The position numbers were made by a program, and so were the translations under genes. Shown piece after piece: positions 29,647-40,125 of a DNA stretch of 64,000 nucleotides. The notes under the pieces were generated by a model, which was not told the origin of the DNA, ran no database searches, and was given only the letters and a program-made list of their open reading frames with translations. Origin of the DNA: a virus. Each line of letters begins with the position of its first letter. The first letter of the stretch is position 1. The stretch covers positions 1 through 64,000 of IMG/VR virus record IMGVR_UViG_3300019487_000031; one strand, written 5' to 3'.

Positions 29647-30152
29647 TGGGACTTGAATATAAAAAAATGTCTTTATTTGATGCGCCGGAAGGTTCAATTA
29701 TTGTCCATGCTTGTAATGCTCAAGGAAGTTGGAATTCTGGAATTGCTAAAGAATTTAAAGAAAGATATCCAAGATCTTTTCAACATTATGAAGAATATTG
29801 TAGATTAAATCCTCGCCATTTAAAAGTTGGACGAGGAAAATTACTTTCTTCAACTATAGAACATAAGCATAAAGTTGGTATACTTATTACTTCAAATAAA
29901 TACGGCGCAGAAAAAGATCCTAAAGAACTTATTAAAATTCAGACAACTCTAGCAATAAATCAACTTTTAGAAACTAATCTTGCCGCGCATGGACGAAATC
30001 CAAGCGTTAAAGGAATTATATATTCTAATAAATTTAATTCAGGACTTTTTAAAGTTCCTTGGAAAGAAACTGAATTGATTTTGACAACGGTTTTAAAACA
30101 CTATTCATGGATTACTTGGATAGTTTGCGATCCTAATCATGAGACAGACTGA
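29646..30152 (+). CDS. Macro domain protein (ADP-ribose binding/hydrolase)
   Basis: SIIVHACNAQGSWNSGIAKEF resembles the macro-domain N-terminal signature (VNAAN...GGGVDGAI). Confidence 0.65.
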   Translation: MGLEYKKMSLFDAPEGSIIVHACNAQGSWNSGIAKEFKERYPRSFQHYEEYCRLNPRHLKVGRGKLLSSTIEHKHKVGILITSNKYGAEKDPKELIKIQTTLAINQLLETNLAAHGRNPSVKGIIYSNKFNSGLFKVPWKETELILTTVLKHYSWITWIVCDPNHETD

Positions 30153-30651
30153 TAAATATCTTTTCTTTTATGGCGGGTTTTTAAGCCAATGGTATCTTTG
30201 TAAGTTTAATGATTGGTTACGTGATTATAATTGTGCGGAACAATGTATGATGGCTCAAAAGGCTTTACTTTTTGAAGATATTAAATCATTTGATTATATT
30301 ATGAAAGAAACCAACCCGGCTTTCCAAAAAGCACGAGGAAGAAAAATTGAGGGATTTAATCAAGAAAAATGGGATTTGTTTAAAGAAGCCATTGTTTGTA
30401 GTGCCAATTATTTGAAGTTTGCACAAAATAAAACACTTCGAAAGAAATTGTTAGATACTAAAGATTTAATATTGGTAGAAGCTAGTCCATATGATAAAAT
30501 ATGGGGAATTGGATTATCAGAAAATAATCCATTGGCAGATGATGAAAAGAATTGGAAAGGTCAAAACCTTTTAGGAAAAGTTTTAATGAAAGTTAGAGAA
30601 AGTTTAAAAAATGTAGATGAACAATTGAGTTCATTGAATAATAAGGAGTAA
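30139..30651 (+). CDS. NADAR (DUF1768, YbiA-like) ADP-ribose-processing domain protein
   Basis: YLFFYGGFLSQWYLCKF...CAEQCMMAQKA plus LKFAQNKTLRKKLLDTKDLILVEASPYDKIWGIGLS track the E. coli YbiA signatures (FYS..DDYGDFSNF...SEHYFQAQKF ... LLATAPAKLVEHTENDAYWGDG). Confidence 0.8.
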   Translation: MRQTDKYLFFYGGFLSQWYLCKFNDWLRDYNCAEQCMMAQKALLFEDIKSFDYIMKETNPAFQKARGRKIEGFNQEKWDLFKEAIVCSANYLKFAQNKTLRKKLLDTKDLILVEASPYDKIWGIGLSENNPLADDEKNWKGQNLLGKVLMKVRESLKNVDEQLSSLNNKE

Positions 30652-30653
30652 AA

Positions 30654-32021
30654 ATGGAAAATCTAATTCTTGACGTCGATAGTTATAAGTTCTCACATTG
30701 GCTTCAATATCCTGCCAATACATCATACATGTTCTCATATCTTGAAAGTCGTGGAGGAAAGTATTCAAATACACTTTTCTTCGGACTTCAATATCTTATT
30801 AAACAACATTTGACTAAGCCTATTACTCCTGCGATGGTTGAAGAAGCGAAACTTTTTGCTGAAGCGCATGGCGAGCCGTTTAATTATGAAGGCTGGATGT
30901 ATATTGCAAAAGATCTTAAAGGAAAGCTTCCTATTCGTATTAGAGCGGTGGCTGAAGGCGCTGTAGTTCCTACTAGTAATATCCTAATGTCTGTTGAATC
31001 AACTGATCCTAAAGTATTTTGGGTTGTATCCTTCTTTGAAACCCTTTTAATGCGAGTTTGGTATCCTATTACTGTAGCTACTCAATCCTTTCATATTAAA
31101 AAGCTTATTAAGAGTTATTTGGAAAAGACTTCTGATGATGCAAACGCTGAAATTAGTTTTAAGCTTCATGACTTTGGAAGTCGCGGCGTTTCTTCTCAGG
31201 AATCGGCAGGAATTGGCGGGGCGGCGCATCTTGTAAATTTCTTGGGTTCTGATACAGTCGCGGGCGTTTATTATGCCAATCATTTCTATAATAATAAAAT
31301 GGCAGGCTTTTCTATTCCCGCGGCTGAACACTCCACTATGACTATGTGGGGGAGAGAAAATGAAGTCGAAGCATACAGAAATATGCTAAAGCAATATGCA
31401 AAGCCCGGGGCTTTAGTTGCTGTTGTATCAGATTCGTATGATCTTTATAATGCGGTTGAAAATCTTTGGGGAGGAACTCTTAAAGATGAGGTTGTAAATT
31501 CTGGAGCTATTGTTGTAATTCGTCCAGATTCCGGCAATCCTCCTGAAGTAGTTCTTAAAACTCTTCAGCTTCTTGAATCCAAGTTTGGAGTTACTTATAA
31601 TAAGAAGGCTTATAAAGTTTTAAATAATGTTAGAGTAATTCAAGGGGATGGAATTAATGAGGAATCTATTCGTCAAATTCTAGAAGTTGCCACTTCTTAT
31701 GGATACTCGGCTTCTAATATTGCATTTGGAATGGGTGGTGCTCTTTTACAACAAGTTAATCGCGATACTCAAAAGTTCGCCTTTAAATGTTCTGCGGCGC
31801 GAGTTGACGGAAAACTTGTTCCGGTCTTTAAAAGTCCTAAGACTGATCTTGGAAAACAATCTAAGAAAGGTTTATTGGATTTGGTTCTAAAAGGTAATAA
31901 GTTTGAAACGGTTGAAGGATTGGATAATGTTGGTTCTGTATTAAAGGTTGTTTATGAAAATGGACAACTTATAAAAGAACAAACATTGGATGAAATCAGA
32001 AAGAGATCAAACGAGTTTTAA
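30654..32021 (+). CDS. nadV: Nicotinamide phosphoribosyltransferase (NAMPT/NadV)
   Basis: The N-terminus NLILDVDSYKFSHW matches the NAMPT signature (TDSYK.TH). The 455-aa length is typical. Confidence 0.8.
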   Translation: MENLILDVDSYKFSHWLQYPANTSYMFSYLESRGGKYSNTLFFGLQYLIKQHLTKPITPAMVEEAKLFAEAHGEPFNYEGWMYIAKDLKGKLPIRIRAVAEGAVVPTSNILMSVESTDPKVFWVVSFFETLLMRVWYPITVATQSFHIKKLIKSYLEKTSDDANAEISFKLHDFGSRGVSSQESAGIGGAAHLVNFLGSDTVAGVYYANHFYNNKMAGFSIPAAEHSTMTMWGRENEVEAYRNMLKQYAKPGALVAVVSDSYDLYNAVENLWGGTLKDEVVNSGAIVVIRPDSGNPPEVVLKTLQLLESKFGVTYNKKAYKVLNNVRVIQGDGINEESIRQILEVATSYGYSASNIAFGMGGALLQQVNRDTQKFAFKCSAARVDGKLVPVFKSPKTDLGKQSKKGLLDLVLKGNKFETVEGLDNVGSVLKVVYENGQLIKEQTLDEIRKRSNEF

Positions 32022-32417
32022 TATGCATTCTTGGGGAGATGGTTTTCCATATTTTAGAGAAGTTGGTGAAGCGGCGGATTTTATTGGGGACTTCTGTATA
32101 AAATACGGAAGAATTCCAGTAAGACAAACTAAAGAAAAGTTTGGAACAGTTCGAGTTTATTCTGGATGGGGGATATACAATCTTTATTGGTTTTTTAGAC
32201 CTCACTATGTATATTATAGATGGCCAAGATACATCCGAGATTTAGATGATGCCGTTTTTGCAAGGCTGTTTAGGTTTTTTAATAAACCAATTTATACATA
32301 TCAATCTTATATTTATAGATTGGCTTATAAAAAGACTATTGAAAAATATCCAATGATTAAAAAAGAAATTCTTTGTTCTGCGGATTGGCCCGAACTTTTG
32401 GTGGGATTATAAAAAAT

Positions 32418-32660
32418 ATGGGCTATCATAAGATAGAAATAAAAAAGGGGGTTTTGGGAGAATCTTCAAAAATTCAAGAAGAATTAGATGAGTTAAAAGA
32501 TGCTGAAAATCAAGGAGTTAAAATTTTAATTCATTGTGAACTATCTGATTTATATGGAGCTTTAGAAGCCTGTGCTAAAAAATATGGACTTTCTATGATT
32601 GATCTTCAACAAATGGCTTTTCTAACGCGTGAATCTTTTGAAGCGGGTAAACGAAAATGA
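32418..32660 (+). CDS. MazG-like nucleotide pyrophosphohydrolase (small, all-alpha)
   Basis: KIQEELDELKDA...ILIHCELSDLYGALEACAKKYGLSMIDL fits the MazG EExxE...D pattern. Start chosen as ATG 32418, after the upstream stop. Confidence 0.45.
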   Translation: MGYHKIEIKKGVLGESSKIQEELDELKDAENQGVKILIHCELSDLYGALEACAKKYGLSMIDLQQMAFLTRESFEAGKRK

Positions 32661-33238
32661 TTGATTATCGAAAACTAGCTGATAGTATAGATTTTTATAA
32701 AAAACTTGGGTTTACGCGAATTGAGGCCCCTTGGTGGGTTTCTAAAGAAGTTTTGGATATTACTACACCCCCAGATTTACAAACAGATTTACAAAATATT
32801 TATTTTCTTCCTAATAACAAAAAATGTTTAGTAGCATCAGGAGAACAGTCTTTTCTTTATATAGCAGTTAAAGGAAGATTACCAAAAGGAAAATTTCAAA
32901 CCATAACTCCTTGTTTTCGGAATGAATCTATAGGTATCTTAAACAAAAAATGTTTTATGAAAAATGAACTTATTATTACAGATAAAGTAAATTCAAAAAA
33001 TTTAGATTTAGTAATCAAAAATTGTTTTTCGTTTTTCTATGAACAAGTTCCTAAAAAAGATCTTTTAAAAATAATTAAAACGGATGTTGGTTTTGACATT
33101 ACTTATGATAAAATTGAATTAGGTTCTTATGGAATTAGACATTGTGAATTTTTAGATTGGATTTACGCTACTGGGTGTGCCGAACCCCGGTTAAGTAGAG
33201 CAATTGAAATAAGTGAAAAATCACGAGGGTTTAAATGA
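32657..33238 (+). CDS. Minimal class II aminoacyl-tRNA-synthetase-like catalytic core (193 aa, no anticodon-binding domain)
   Basis: Motif 1-like KKLGFTRIEAPWWVSKEVL, motif 2 KFQTITPCFRNES (FRNE) and motif 3-like ATGCAEPRLSRAI (G.G.G.ERL). Confidence 0.55.
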   Translation: MIDYRKLADSIDFYKKLGFTRIEAPWWVSKEVLDITTPPDLQTDLQNIYFLPNNKKCLVASGEQSFLYIAVKGRLPKGKFQTITPCFRNESIGILNKKCFMKNELIITDKVNSKNLDLVIKNCFSFFYEQVPKKDLLKIIKTDVGFDITYDKIELGSYGIRHCEFLDWIYATGCAEPRLSRAIEISEKSRGFK

Positions 33239-33899
33239 AACTTATTATCGCAGGAAGTAGAACATTATTAATCCAAACTTCTTTTCTTCAAGAGATTATG
33301 TATCATCATTTTAATTTATTTCCAAAGGAAATTGTTTCTGGGGGATGTCGAACTGGCGCCGATTTTAAACATAAATACACCAAACATTTCAAGCCTAAAA
33401 AACTTCGTAAAGAAATCTATAATTTAAATAATATTAGAAATAGAGATACGTATAATATTGCTAAATGGACGCATAGATTATATACTTGTTTTTTTTCAAC
33501 CAGACGGTTCTCCAAATAAGGGAACAAAGACAGGAAAAATTTAATGAAATATTCCCACAAACAATTAAGTGAATATTGTCAAGAAGTCCAAAAGATTTTA
33601 GATAATGTTGAATATAAACCCGGAAGTTTATTTGATACCTCTATATCTTCAATCGCCGATGCAATTGTTCTTAGAATTGTAGTTCCTTGTATTAGTTCGT
33701 TCGAACATTCTAAAATAATTCCTATAACACATTCAATGATGATTCCTGTAGATGAACTAGAATATGTACAAATGTACTTAGAAAAATTTATTTTGTATCA
33801 TATTTATAGCATGATACAAAGACTGGAAATTCATGAAATCCAAGAGTTTTTGAAATATAAAGATAATTATTATAATCATCCTCACCCCATTGAGGATAG

Positions 33900-34259
33900 A
33901 TGAAACCTTCCTATTTTAAACTTGCCGAAAAGCTAGCGCAGAAATCCGATCACCCTATACATCGCCACGGGGCAGTCATTGTTTCCGGAAATAAGATTCT
34001 AGGACTTGGATTTAATAAGTATAAAACCCATAGCCGCTCTACTCATCCTTTTAAAATGATTCATGCTGAACTATCTGCCGTTATTAGTTCTGGCCTTGAA
34101 AACCTTACAAATTGTGATATTTATATCTTTAGGCGTCGTAAAGATGGATTATTGGGCAATAGTAAGCCTTGCTATTCATGTCAAAGCATGTTAAAATCTT
34201 TAAATATTAAGAGAGTTTTTTATTCTTTTGAAAACGGTTTTAAAAAGGAGATATATTAA
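33900..34259 (+). CDS. dCMP/cytidine deaminase-family zinc enzyme
   Basis: MIHAELSAV (H-A-E) and SKPCYSCQSM (PCxxC) are the CDA-fold zinc-binding motifs. Confidence 0.7.
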   Translation: MKPSYFKLAEKLAQKSDHPIHRHGAVIVSGNKILGLGFNKYKTHSRSTHPFKMIHAELSAVISSGLENLTNCDIYIFRRRKDGLLGNSKPCYSCQSMLKSLNIKRVFYSFENGFKKEIY

Positions 34260-34870
34260 TGAATCTGTATTCAGTCACTTGGGAAAATGTCTCTAAAACT
34301 ACCCCTGTTCATGTTTTAAAGACTGAAGAGAAAACTCTTCCGACTTATGTTCTGGCTTCTTCTCATAATAATGCCGTAGAAACGGCTTTAAAGCATTCTA
34401 CTTCTAACTTTCAGTTGAAAAGAGTTGTTCTATTAACTGAAAACGTTGTAATAACAGAGGAGCAAATCTAAATGAGATATCCACCAAACCCCGTATTCTG
34501 GGAGCACTACGGAACTTTTAACCACTATGGAAAAGGTTCTATGCTTGTTTTCTGGTCCGGCAAATCCCTACAATACGTAATGTTTACTCCGGACAAATCC
34601 TTTAAGAAGGAAGTTATTGATAAGGAACTCTTAGAAAAATACAAAAAGGATGTTGTAGAAGCTTGATAACGAATCTTGAAACATTTAAAGAAAAGAAAAA
34701 ACTTAAAAAGGTTATTCAAGATTTGGAACGAATTGAATATCTTTTTAATATCATAATGAAAGGAATGGGTTCTTATAAAAAATATAAACCAGTAAAAGAA
34801 GTCCTTTATAATATTATGGAAAATAAGGGATTTGTTTTAGCGCACTTAAAACAACATAAAAAGCTATTAA

Positions 34871-35197
34871 ATGAAAAAGAACAATCGGATAAATTGGACA
34901 AAGATGGCGAGTAAAATCCCTATTTCTGTCCAAGTTGGGCCAAAATGTCATTATAATGTCTATATTTGCGGAGAAATGCTGCAAAATATAGAAAAACATA
35001 TTGGCGAAACTGATTATAATAGAAAAGAGCTTATTATTAAAGATAATCTAGGACCAAAACTAACAACTAAGACATACTTCCATGAATTTTTACACGCACT
35101 ATCCGATGAATATCACCTCAATCTTACGGAAAATCAAATATTGGACTTCGAAGAAGCTCTTCCGTATCTATTTAAATTTTTTAAGGAGCTAACATAG
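34871..35197 (+). CDS. Small HExxH zinc-metallopeptidase-like protein
   Basis: TYFHEFLHALSDEYH contains HExxH. Otherwise unassigned. Confidence 0.3.
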   Translation: MKKNNRINWTKMASKIPISVQVGPKCHYNVYICGEMLQNIEKHIGETDYNRKELIIKDNLGPKLTTKTYFHEFLHALSDEYHLNLTENQILDFEEALPYLFKFFKELT

Positions 35198-35620
35198 AAA
35201 AGAAATGCACAGTATGTGGTATAATTAAGCCCCTAGCAGAGTTCCATAATAGAAGAGTTGCTAAGGATAGAAAAAGATCGGATTGTAAAAAATGTAGTAT
35301 TATTGCATCAATAGAATATAATAAAGCTAATAAACAAAAGATTTACGCTCACAATAAAAAATGGAGGAATAAGCACAAAGATAGAGTTAAATCGTATAAA
35401 ATGACTTATAAATACGGAATATAATCAATTACTTAATTTACAAAATAATAACTGTAAAGTTTGTGGAATAAATCAAAAAGATTTAAAACGTTCTCTTAAT
35501 ATTGATCATTGCCATAAAACGAAAAAAGTTAGAGGATTACTTTGTGAAAAATGTAATTTAGGAATAGGGCTTTTTAATAATTCAACTGAATTATTAGAAA
35601 AAGTTATAAACTATCTAAAA
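35198..35620 (+). pseudogene. Endonuclease VII-type homing endonuclease gene split by a frameshift (a zinc-finger N-part in one frame, the endonuclease VII core in another)
   Basis: The upstream frame reads KKCTVCG...CKKCS...YKMTYKYGI* with no ATG of its own. The next frame reads ITYNQLLNLQNNNCKVCG...LNIDHCHKTKKVRGLLCEKCNLGIG. The architecture matches the intact paralogs at 11530 and 37193. Confidence 0.5.
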
Positions 35621-35628
35621 GGAAATAA

Positions 35629-36366
35629 ATGAAAAAACGTCAAATTAAAGTATTATTTTATGATATTGAAACCTCTCCTAACACCGCGTTTGTTTGGGGC
35701 CGCTATGAACAAAACGTTCTCTCGTATTTAAAAGAATGGGAAATTCTTTCTTGTGCTTATAAATGGCAAGGAGAAAAGAAAGTTCATTGTTTATCTAGGC
35801 AACATAATAAAACCGATAAAGAGTTAGTAATCGCAATTCATAAACTTTTTCAAGAGGCCGATATTATCATCGCTCATAACGGGGATCAATTCGACCAAAA
35901 GAAAGTTAAAACTAGAATGCTTTATCACAAGCTCCCGCCGCCCAAGATTTTGTCCAGCATTGATACAAAGAAGGCAGCGAAAGTCTTTTTCAACTTTAAT
36001 AGCAATAGTTTAAATGATTTAGGAACATATCTAGGATTAGGTCAAAAGTTTAAACATTCTGGATTTGATATGTGGCTTGGTTGTTTAAACGGTGATAAAA
36101 AGTCTTGGAAAGAGATGATTTATTATAATAAACAAGATGTTGTGTTATTAGAAAAGGTTTATAATGCTCTAAAACCGTGGATTCAGGATCATCCGAATAT
36201 GGCTAAGTTATTAAATCCTTTTCAGAATGAAGTAAAAGACTGCCCACATTGCGGTAGCCGGAATACAATGAAACGGGGCTATAGAGCTACGCGCGCAACT
36301 CTTAAACAACAAATGGTTTGTAAAGATTGCGGCGCATGGTTTTTAACTCGCGTATTAAAAGACTAA
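35629..36366 (+). CDS. DEDD-family 3'-5' exonuclease (DnaQ/RNase T-like) with a C-terminal zinc ribbon
   Basis: Exo I LFYDIETS, Exo II IAHNGDQFD and Exo III YYNKQDV. The C-terminus carries CPHCGS...CKDCGAWF. Confidence 0.7.
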   Translation: MKKRQIKVLFYDIETSPNTAFVWGRYEQNVLSYLKEWEILSCAYKWQGEKKVHCLSRQHNKTDKELVIAIHKLFQEADIIIAHNGDQFDQKKVKTRMLYHKLPPPKILSSIDTKKAAKVFFNFNSNSLNDLGTYLGLGQKFKHSGFDMWLGCLNGDKKSWKEMIYYNKQDVVLLEKVYNALKPWIQDHPNMAKLLNPFQNEVKDCPHCGSRNTMKRGYRATRATLKQQMVCKDCGAWFLTRVLKD

Positions 36367-36443
36367 AATGTTTTCATGGTTTCGTAAAGATAACTATAAA
36401 GTCAAATCGGTTGAAGTTAATGTTCAATTTATACAAGATTTTC

Positions 36444-36471
36444 TTGACACTATAGATTCTTCTGGTATAAT
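36444..36471 (+). promoter_or_regulatory. Possible internal sigma70-like promoter (TTGACA-16-TATAAT)
   Basis: TTGACA at 36444-36449 and TATAAT at 36466-36471. It lies inside ORF 36368..36565, just upstream of ORF 36558. Confidence 0.3.
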
Positions 36472-36753
36472 TGAAATAATCCCGCTTACAATCGAAAAGA
36501 AAGCATTTGGGGAAAAAGAAATTATAACACAACTATTAATTATCTATAAGGAGAAAAATGAGTAAAAATCAACCAAAGGAATCAAGCCTGCCCGCGACGT
36601 TTACTGTTAGTCAACGGTTTATTCAGGCCGTTAATAACTATTGCGCTAGTCGTCCATATGCTGAAGTTTATCAGCTAATGGGACTTTTAACTCAAGAAGT
36701 CGCGCCACAAATTCAGCTACATAGTAATGCTCAACCCGCGGAACTAAAAGCTG

Positions 36754-37206
36754 TTGCAAATTCTGACCAACCACAGACGGAGACTTCTAATGCGCAAGAA
36801 AAACCGGCCAAGCGGCAAAAAGCACGATCAGCACAAAATCCGGCTTGATAGTTCAAGCGGAAGAAAGTTTGATAAAAATAAACCTAGACTATCATTAGTT
36901 TCCAAAGTAGCTTTATTTAAGCTCGCTGAGGTCATGACTGATGGTGAAAAAAAATATGATACCCATAATTGGCGTAAAGGGTTTAATTGGTCTAGGATTG
37001 CTGATGCGGCAGAAAGACATTTAAGTATTTGGATTGCCGGACAAGATTTAGATCCTGATAGTAGAAGGTCTAATTTAGCTCATGCAATGGCTTGTATTAT
37101 GATGCTTCTTGAGTTTGAAGAAACGCATAAACATTTAGATGATAGATATAAGTTATCTGAATGGCTTTTAAATAAATTATATCCACCATTAAATGAGACA
37201 AAATAG
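36754..37206 (+). CDS. Phage dATP/dGTP-pyrophosphohydrolase-like (MazG-associated N-domain family) protein
   Basis: FDKNKPRLSLVSKVALFKLAEVMTDGEKKYDTHNWRKGFNWSRIADAAERHL follows the conserved pattern of that family (R.DL.P..AL..LAEV...G..KYG..NW.KG..WSR..DSA.RHL). Confidence 0.45.
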   Translation: MQILTNHRRRLLMRKKNRPSGKKHDQHKIRLDSSSGRKFDKNKPRLSLVSKVALFKLAEVMTDGEKKYDTHNWRKGFNWSRIADAAERHLSIWIAGQDLDPDSRRSNLAHAMACIMMLLEFEETHKHLDDRYKLSEWLLNKLYPPLNETK

Positions 37207-37696
37207 ACCTATATCAAATTGTCATCCTCCTAAGATTTCTATAGGTAGGGGATTGTGTAGAAACTGTTATAGTAAGTTTTTAATTGCGAAAAATCCAGAT
37301 TACCATGAAAAACAAAAAAGAAATGCTAGAGAATGGAGATTAAAAAATCCAGAAAAAGTTAAATTATCGGATCAAAGAAAACGTTTAAGAGAAAAAAATA
37401 ATCCTGAATATAAAGAAAAAAAATTTTACAGTTCTATTAAAAAGAAATATAAGGTAACTAAAGAGCAATATTTAGAGCTACTAAATAAAACAGGGAATAA
37501 ATGTTTTTTATGTAATAAATCTCCAAAAAATGGAAAAAGGTTACATTTAGATCATTGTCATAAAACATTAGTAGTTCGCGGTTTATTATGTGCAGAATGT
37601 AACTGGTACATGTCTAAATTTGATAATATACCAGGTTTTATTGAAAAAGTTAGGAGTTATTTAAATACATGCAAAGAAAATTATTCAATCAAGTAA
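37193..37696 (+). CDS. Endonuclease VII-type homing endonuclease with an N-terminal zinc finger
   Basis: CFLCNK...LHLDHCHKTLVVRGLLCAECNWYMSKF. The N-terminal CRNCYSKF is paralogous to 11530. Confidence 0.75.
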   Translation: MRQNRPISNCHPPKISIGRGLCRNCYSKFLIAKNPDYHEKQKRNAREWRLKNPEKVKLSDQRKRLREKNNPEYKEKKFYSSIKKKYKVTKEQYLELLNKTGNKCFLCNKSPKNGKRLHLDHCHKTLVVRGLLCAECNWYMSKFDNIPGFIEKVRSYLNTCKENYSIK

Positions 37697-38069
37697 GCGT
37701 AGTAGATAAAAGTGGGCTTCATGAGTTTGTTGGCGATTCGCCGGGCGTTATTGTCGATTTTAAAGTTAGAGAAGAAGCATTGCGAGATGGAATTAACTTT
37801 AAATATTCTTATCTAGTTGAGTTTTATAATAAAATTACTAAAGCTCAATTCTGGGTTCCAGAAGAAGAATTGAAAGGATAACATGAATTATAAATTCAGC
37901 ATATTTCAGATTGTTAAGGTTAAAAAAGAATCAGAATACAGTTCTTTTTTTAAAGATAAAACCGGATTTGTTACTAATTATATTGGTAATGATAAATACA
38001 TTATTCAGTTTTTAGGACCATCTGAAGAAATTGAACTTGTAAAAGAAATTCACGAATCGGAGCTAGAAC

Positions 38070-38504
38070 TTGCAAGTTAAGATTAAAAAGTTGCATCCAG
38101 ATGCGGTTATTCCGGCTTATGCTAAAGCTGGCGATGCTGGAATGGATTTAACTGCGATTACTAACACTATAGATTTTTTTACAGGAGTGATTGAATATAA
38201 AACTGGATTATCCATTGAGATCCCAGAAGGTTATGTCGGATTAATTTTTCCTCGTTCTAGTATTTATAAAAAGAATTTAACTTTATGTAATTCTGTTGGT
38301 GTTATTGATTCCGGTTATAGAGGGGAGATTACTTTTAAGTTTAGACCGGCAGTTCTTCCAATTTCAGTTGATCAAGAATATAATATAGGGGATCGCATCG
38401 GACAACTCGTCATCATCCCCTATCCGCAAATCGAATTAGTAGAATCCGAAGAATTATCAGAAACAGAAAGAAATACAGGAGGATATGGATCAACAGGACA
38501 ATAA
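38070..38504 (+). CDS. dut: dUTP pyrophosphatase (trimeric dUTPase)
   Basis: All five dUTPase motifs are present: AGDAGMDL, FPRSS, GVIDSGYRGEI, GDRIGQLVI and the C-terminal GGYGSTG. Confidence 0.9.
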   Translation: MQVKIKKLHPDAVIPAYAKAGDAGMDLTAITNTIDFFTGVIEYKTGLSIEIPEGYVGLIFPRSSIYKKNLTLCNSVGVIDSGYRGEITFKFRPAVLPISVDQEYNIGDRIGQLVIIPYPQIELVESEELSETERNTGGYGSTGQ

Positions 38505-39157
38505 AAAGATCTTAGAAGGACTTCTTAATGATTGGTTTCAAAAGTCTAAGTATCTTCAAGGTGCTGTAGAGGAATTAGTTACAGCTTCTATAGTTTATGG
38601 TGAATCGTTCGCGAAATACCATTACGACGAAGTTAAGAATGAAATTACCCAACATATTATTTCTCTAGAAGAGATATTCCATGACCAAAAAATACGAACG
38701 GGAAGAAAAACTGACAGAACAGCTCCAAAAAGAAAATCGAGAACTAAAAGCGATAAATCGAAGTCTTAGAAAACGATTAAAACAACTTAATAAAGGCTTC
38801 TACAAATTTTTAGATGAACAACAACAGGAAGAAGCCATTGAAGAAGCTCAACAAGTTGCACAAAAAATCTGCTGGGAATGCAACATCGGAGAATACAAAG
38901 AAATAATTGTAGTTAATCGGCGTTGGAGATGCTGCACAAATTGCGGTAAAAAGGGAAAAGTTAGTATAATTAAATGAAAGTCGGACAAACTTTTAAAACT
39001 AAGAATGGTTTAACGGCTAAAATCGTTAAAATTGCTGGGAATCAAGTTATAGCCCATGTTGAAATGAAATACGATCAAAATGGCAAGATTCCAGGATGGG
39101 CAACAGGACATTATTTAGATTTACAAAATGTTCCAGAAGAAGCGAAAAAAGTAGAAA

Positions 39158-39559
39158 ATGTCGAAGAAACCAAAGAAAGAAAAGAAGTTACCAAATCTGG
39201 ACACTTGGCTAAGAGTAAAACTCCGGAGAATCTCTTTAATGTGGCCGGGCCGAACCAAGGCTCTTCAAGCGGCGAGAGTGGACCGGGGACTTTATAAATG
39301 TAATGGCTGTAAAAAGATATTCACTTATAAAGATAAAAAGTCTAAAGAGACAAATGTTCATGTAGATCATATAGAAAGTGTTATTCCATTAGATGGAAAA
39401 ATTAAACGATTAAATAACATAAATAGAATGGATTGGAATTTATATATTGATAGGCTTTTTGTTCCGCCCGAGAAATATCAGATTTTATGCGTTCAATGCC
39501 ACTCCAGCAAAACACTTTTGGAGGACCAATATCGCGCCATTAATAAAAGGAATAAATGA
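39158..39559 (+). CDS. HNH homing endonuclease
   Basis: CNGCKK...VHVDHIESVIPLDG...YQILCVQCHSSKT matches HNH (C-x2-C, DH..P, N...LC..CH..K). Confidence 0.75.
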   Translation: MSKKPKKEKKLPNLDTWLRVKLRRISLMWPGRTKALQAARVDRGLYKCNGCKKIFTYKDKKSKETNVHVDHIESVIPLDGKIKRLNNINRMDWNLYIDRLFVPPEKYQILCVQCHSSKTLLEDQYRAINKRNK

Positions 39560-40125
39560 GATATACTTATACTAAATATATTAAATCAACCGGCGATGTT
39601 ATTGAAGGTCGTGCAAACACTAAAGAATTAGCTAAAGCTCGTTTTAAAAAGGCTTTAAAAGCTTTTAGAATGCATTCTGATGCTGGATTACAACAAACTA
39701 ATACTACCAATAAAAGCGGCGATGCTAAAGTTTTAATTCGTAAGAAATTAGTTGGATGGAAAATGGATCAAGATGAAAAAGGAGAGAAATAATGTTTGAT
39801 TGGTTAAAAAATCTTATTAATGCTATGAACGAACGAGGAATTCCACTTCCTATGATTCGAGTAAATGAAAACCCTTCTTTAACTGCCACTATGGTTTTTT
39901 TAAGTTTTAATACGGCTTTATTGGGACAGTTAGGAAAAGTTACTAAGTTTCTTGGAGAAGTTGATTTATCTCAAGCCAATTATTTGCTTCTAATTTGCTT
40001 GGGTGCATATTTAGGAAGAACTTTTCAAAAGAAGGGTAAAGAAGTTACTTTAAGTGCGGAGGAAACAAAAGATGAGTAATAATAATTCTACTAGCGCAGG
40101 AGTTTGACCTTATAATCCTATCGAA

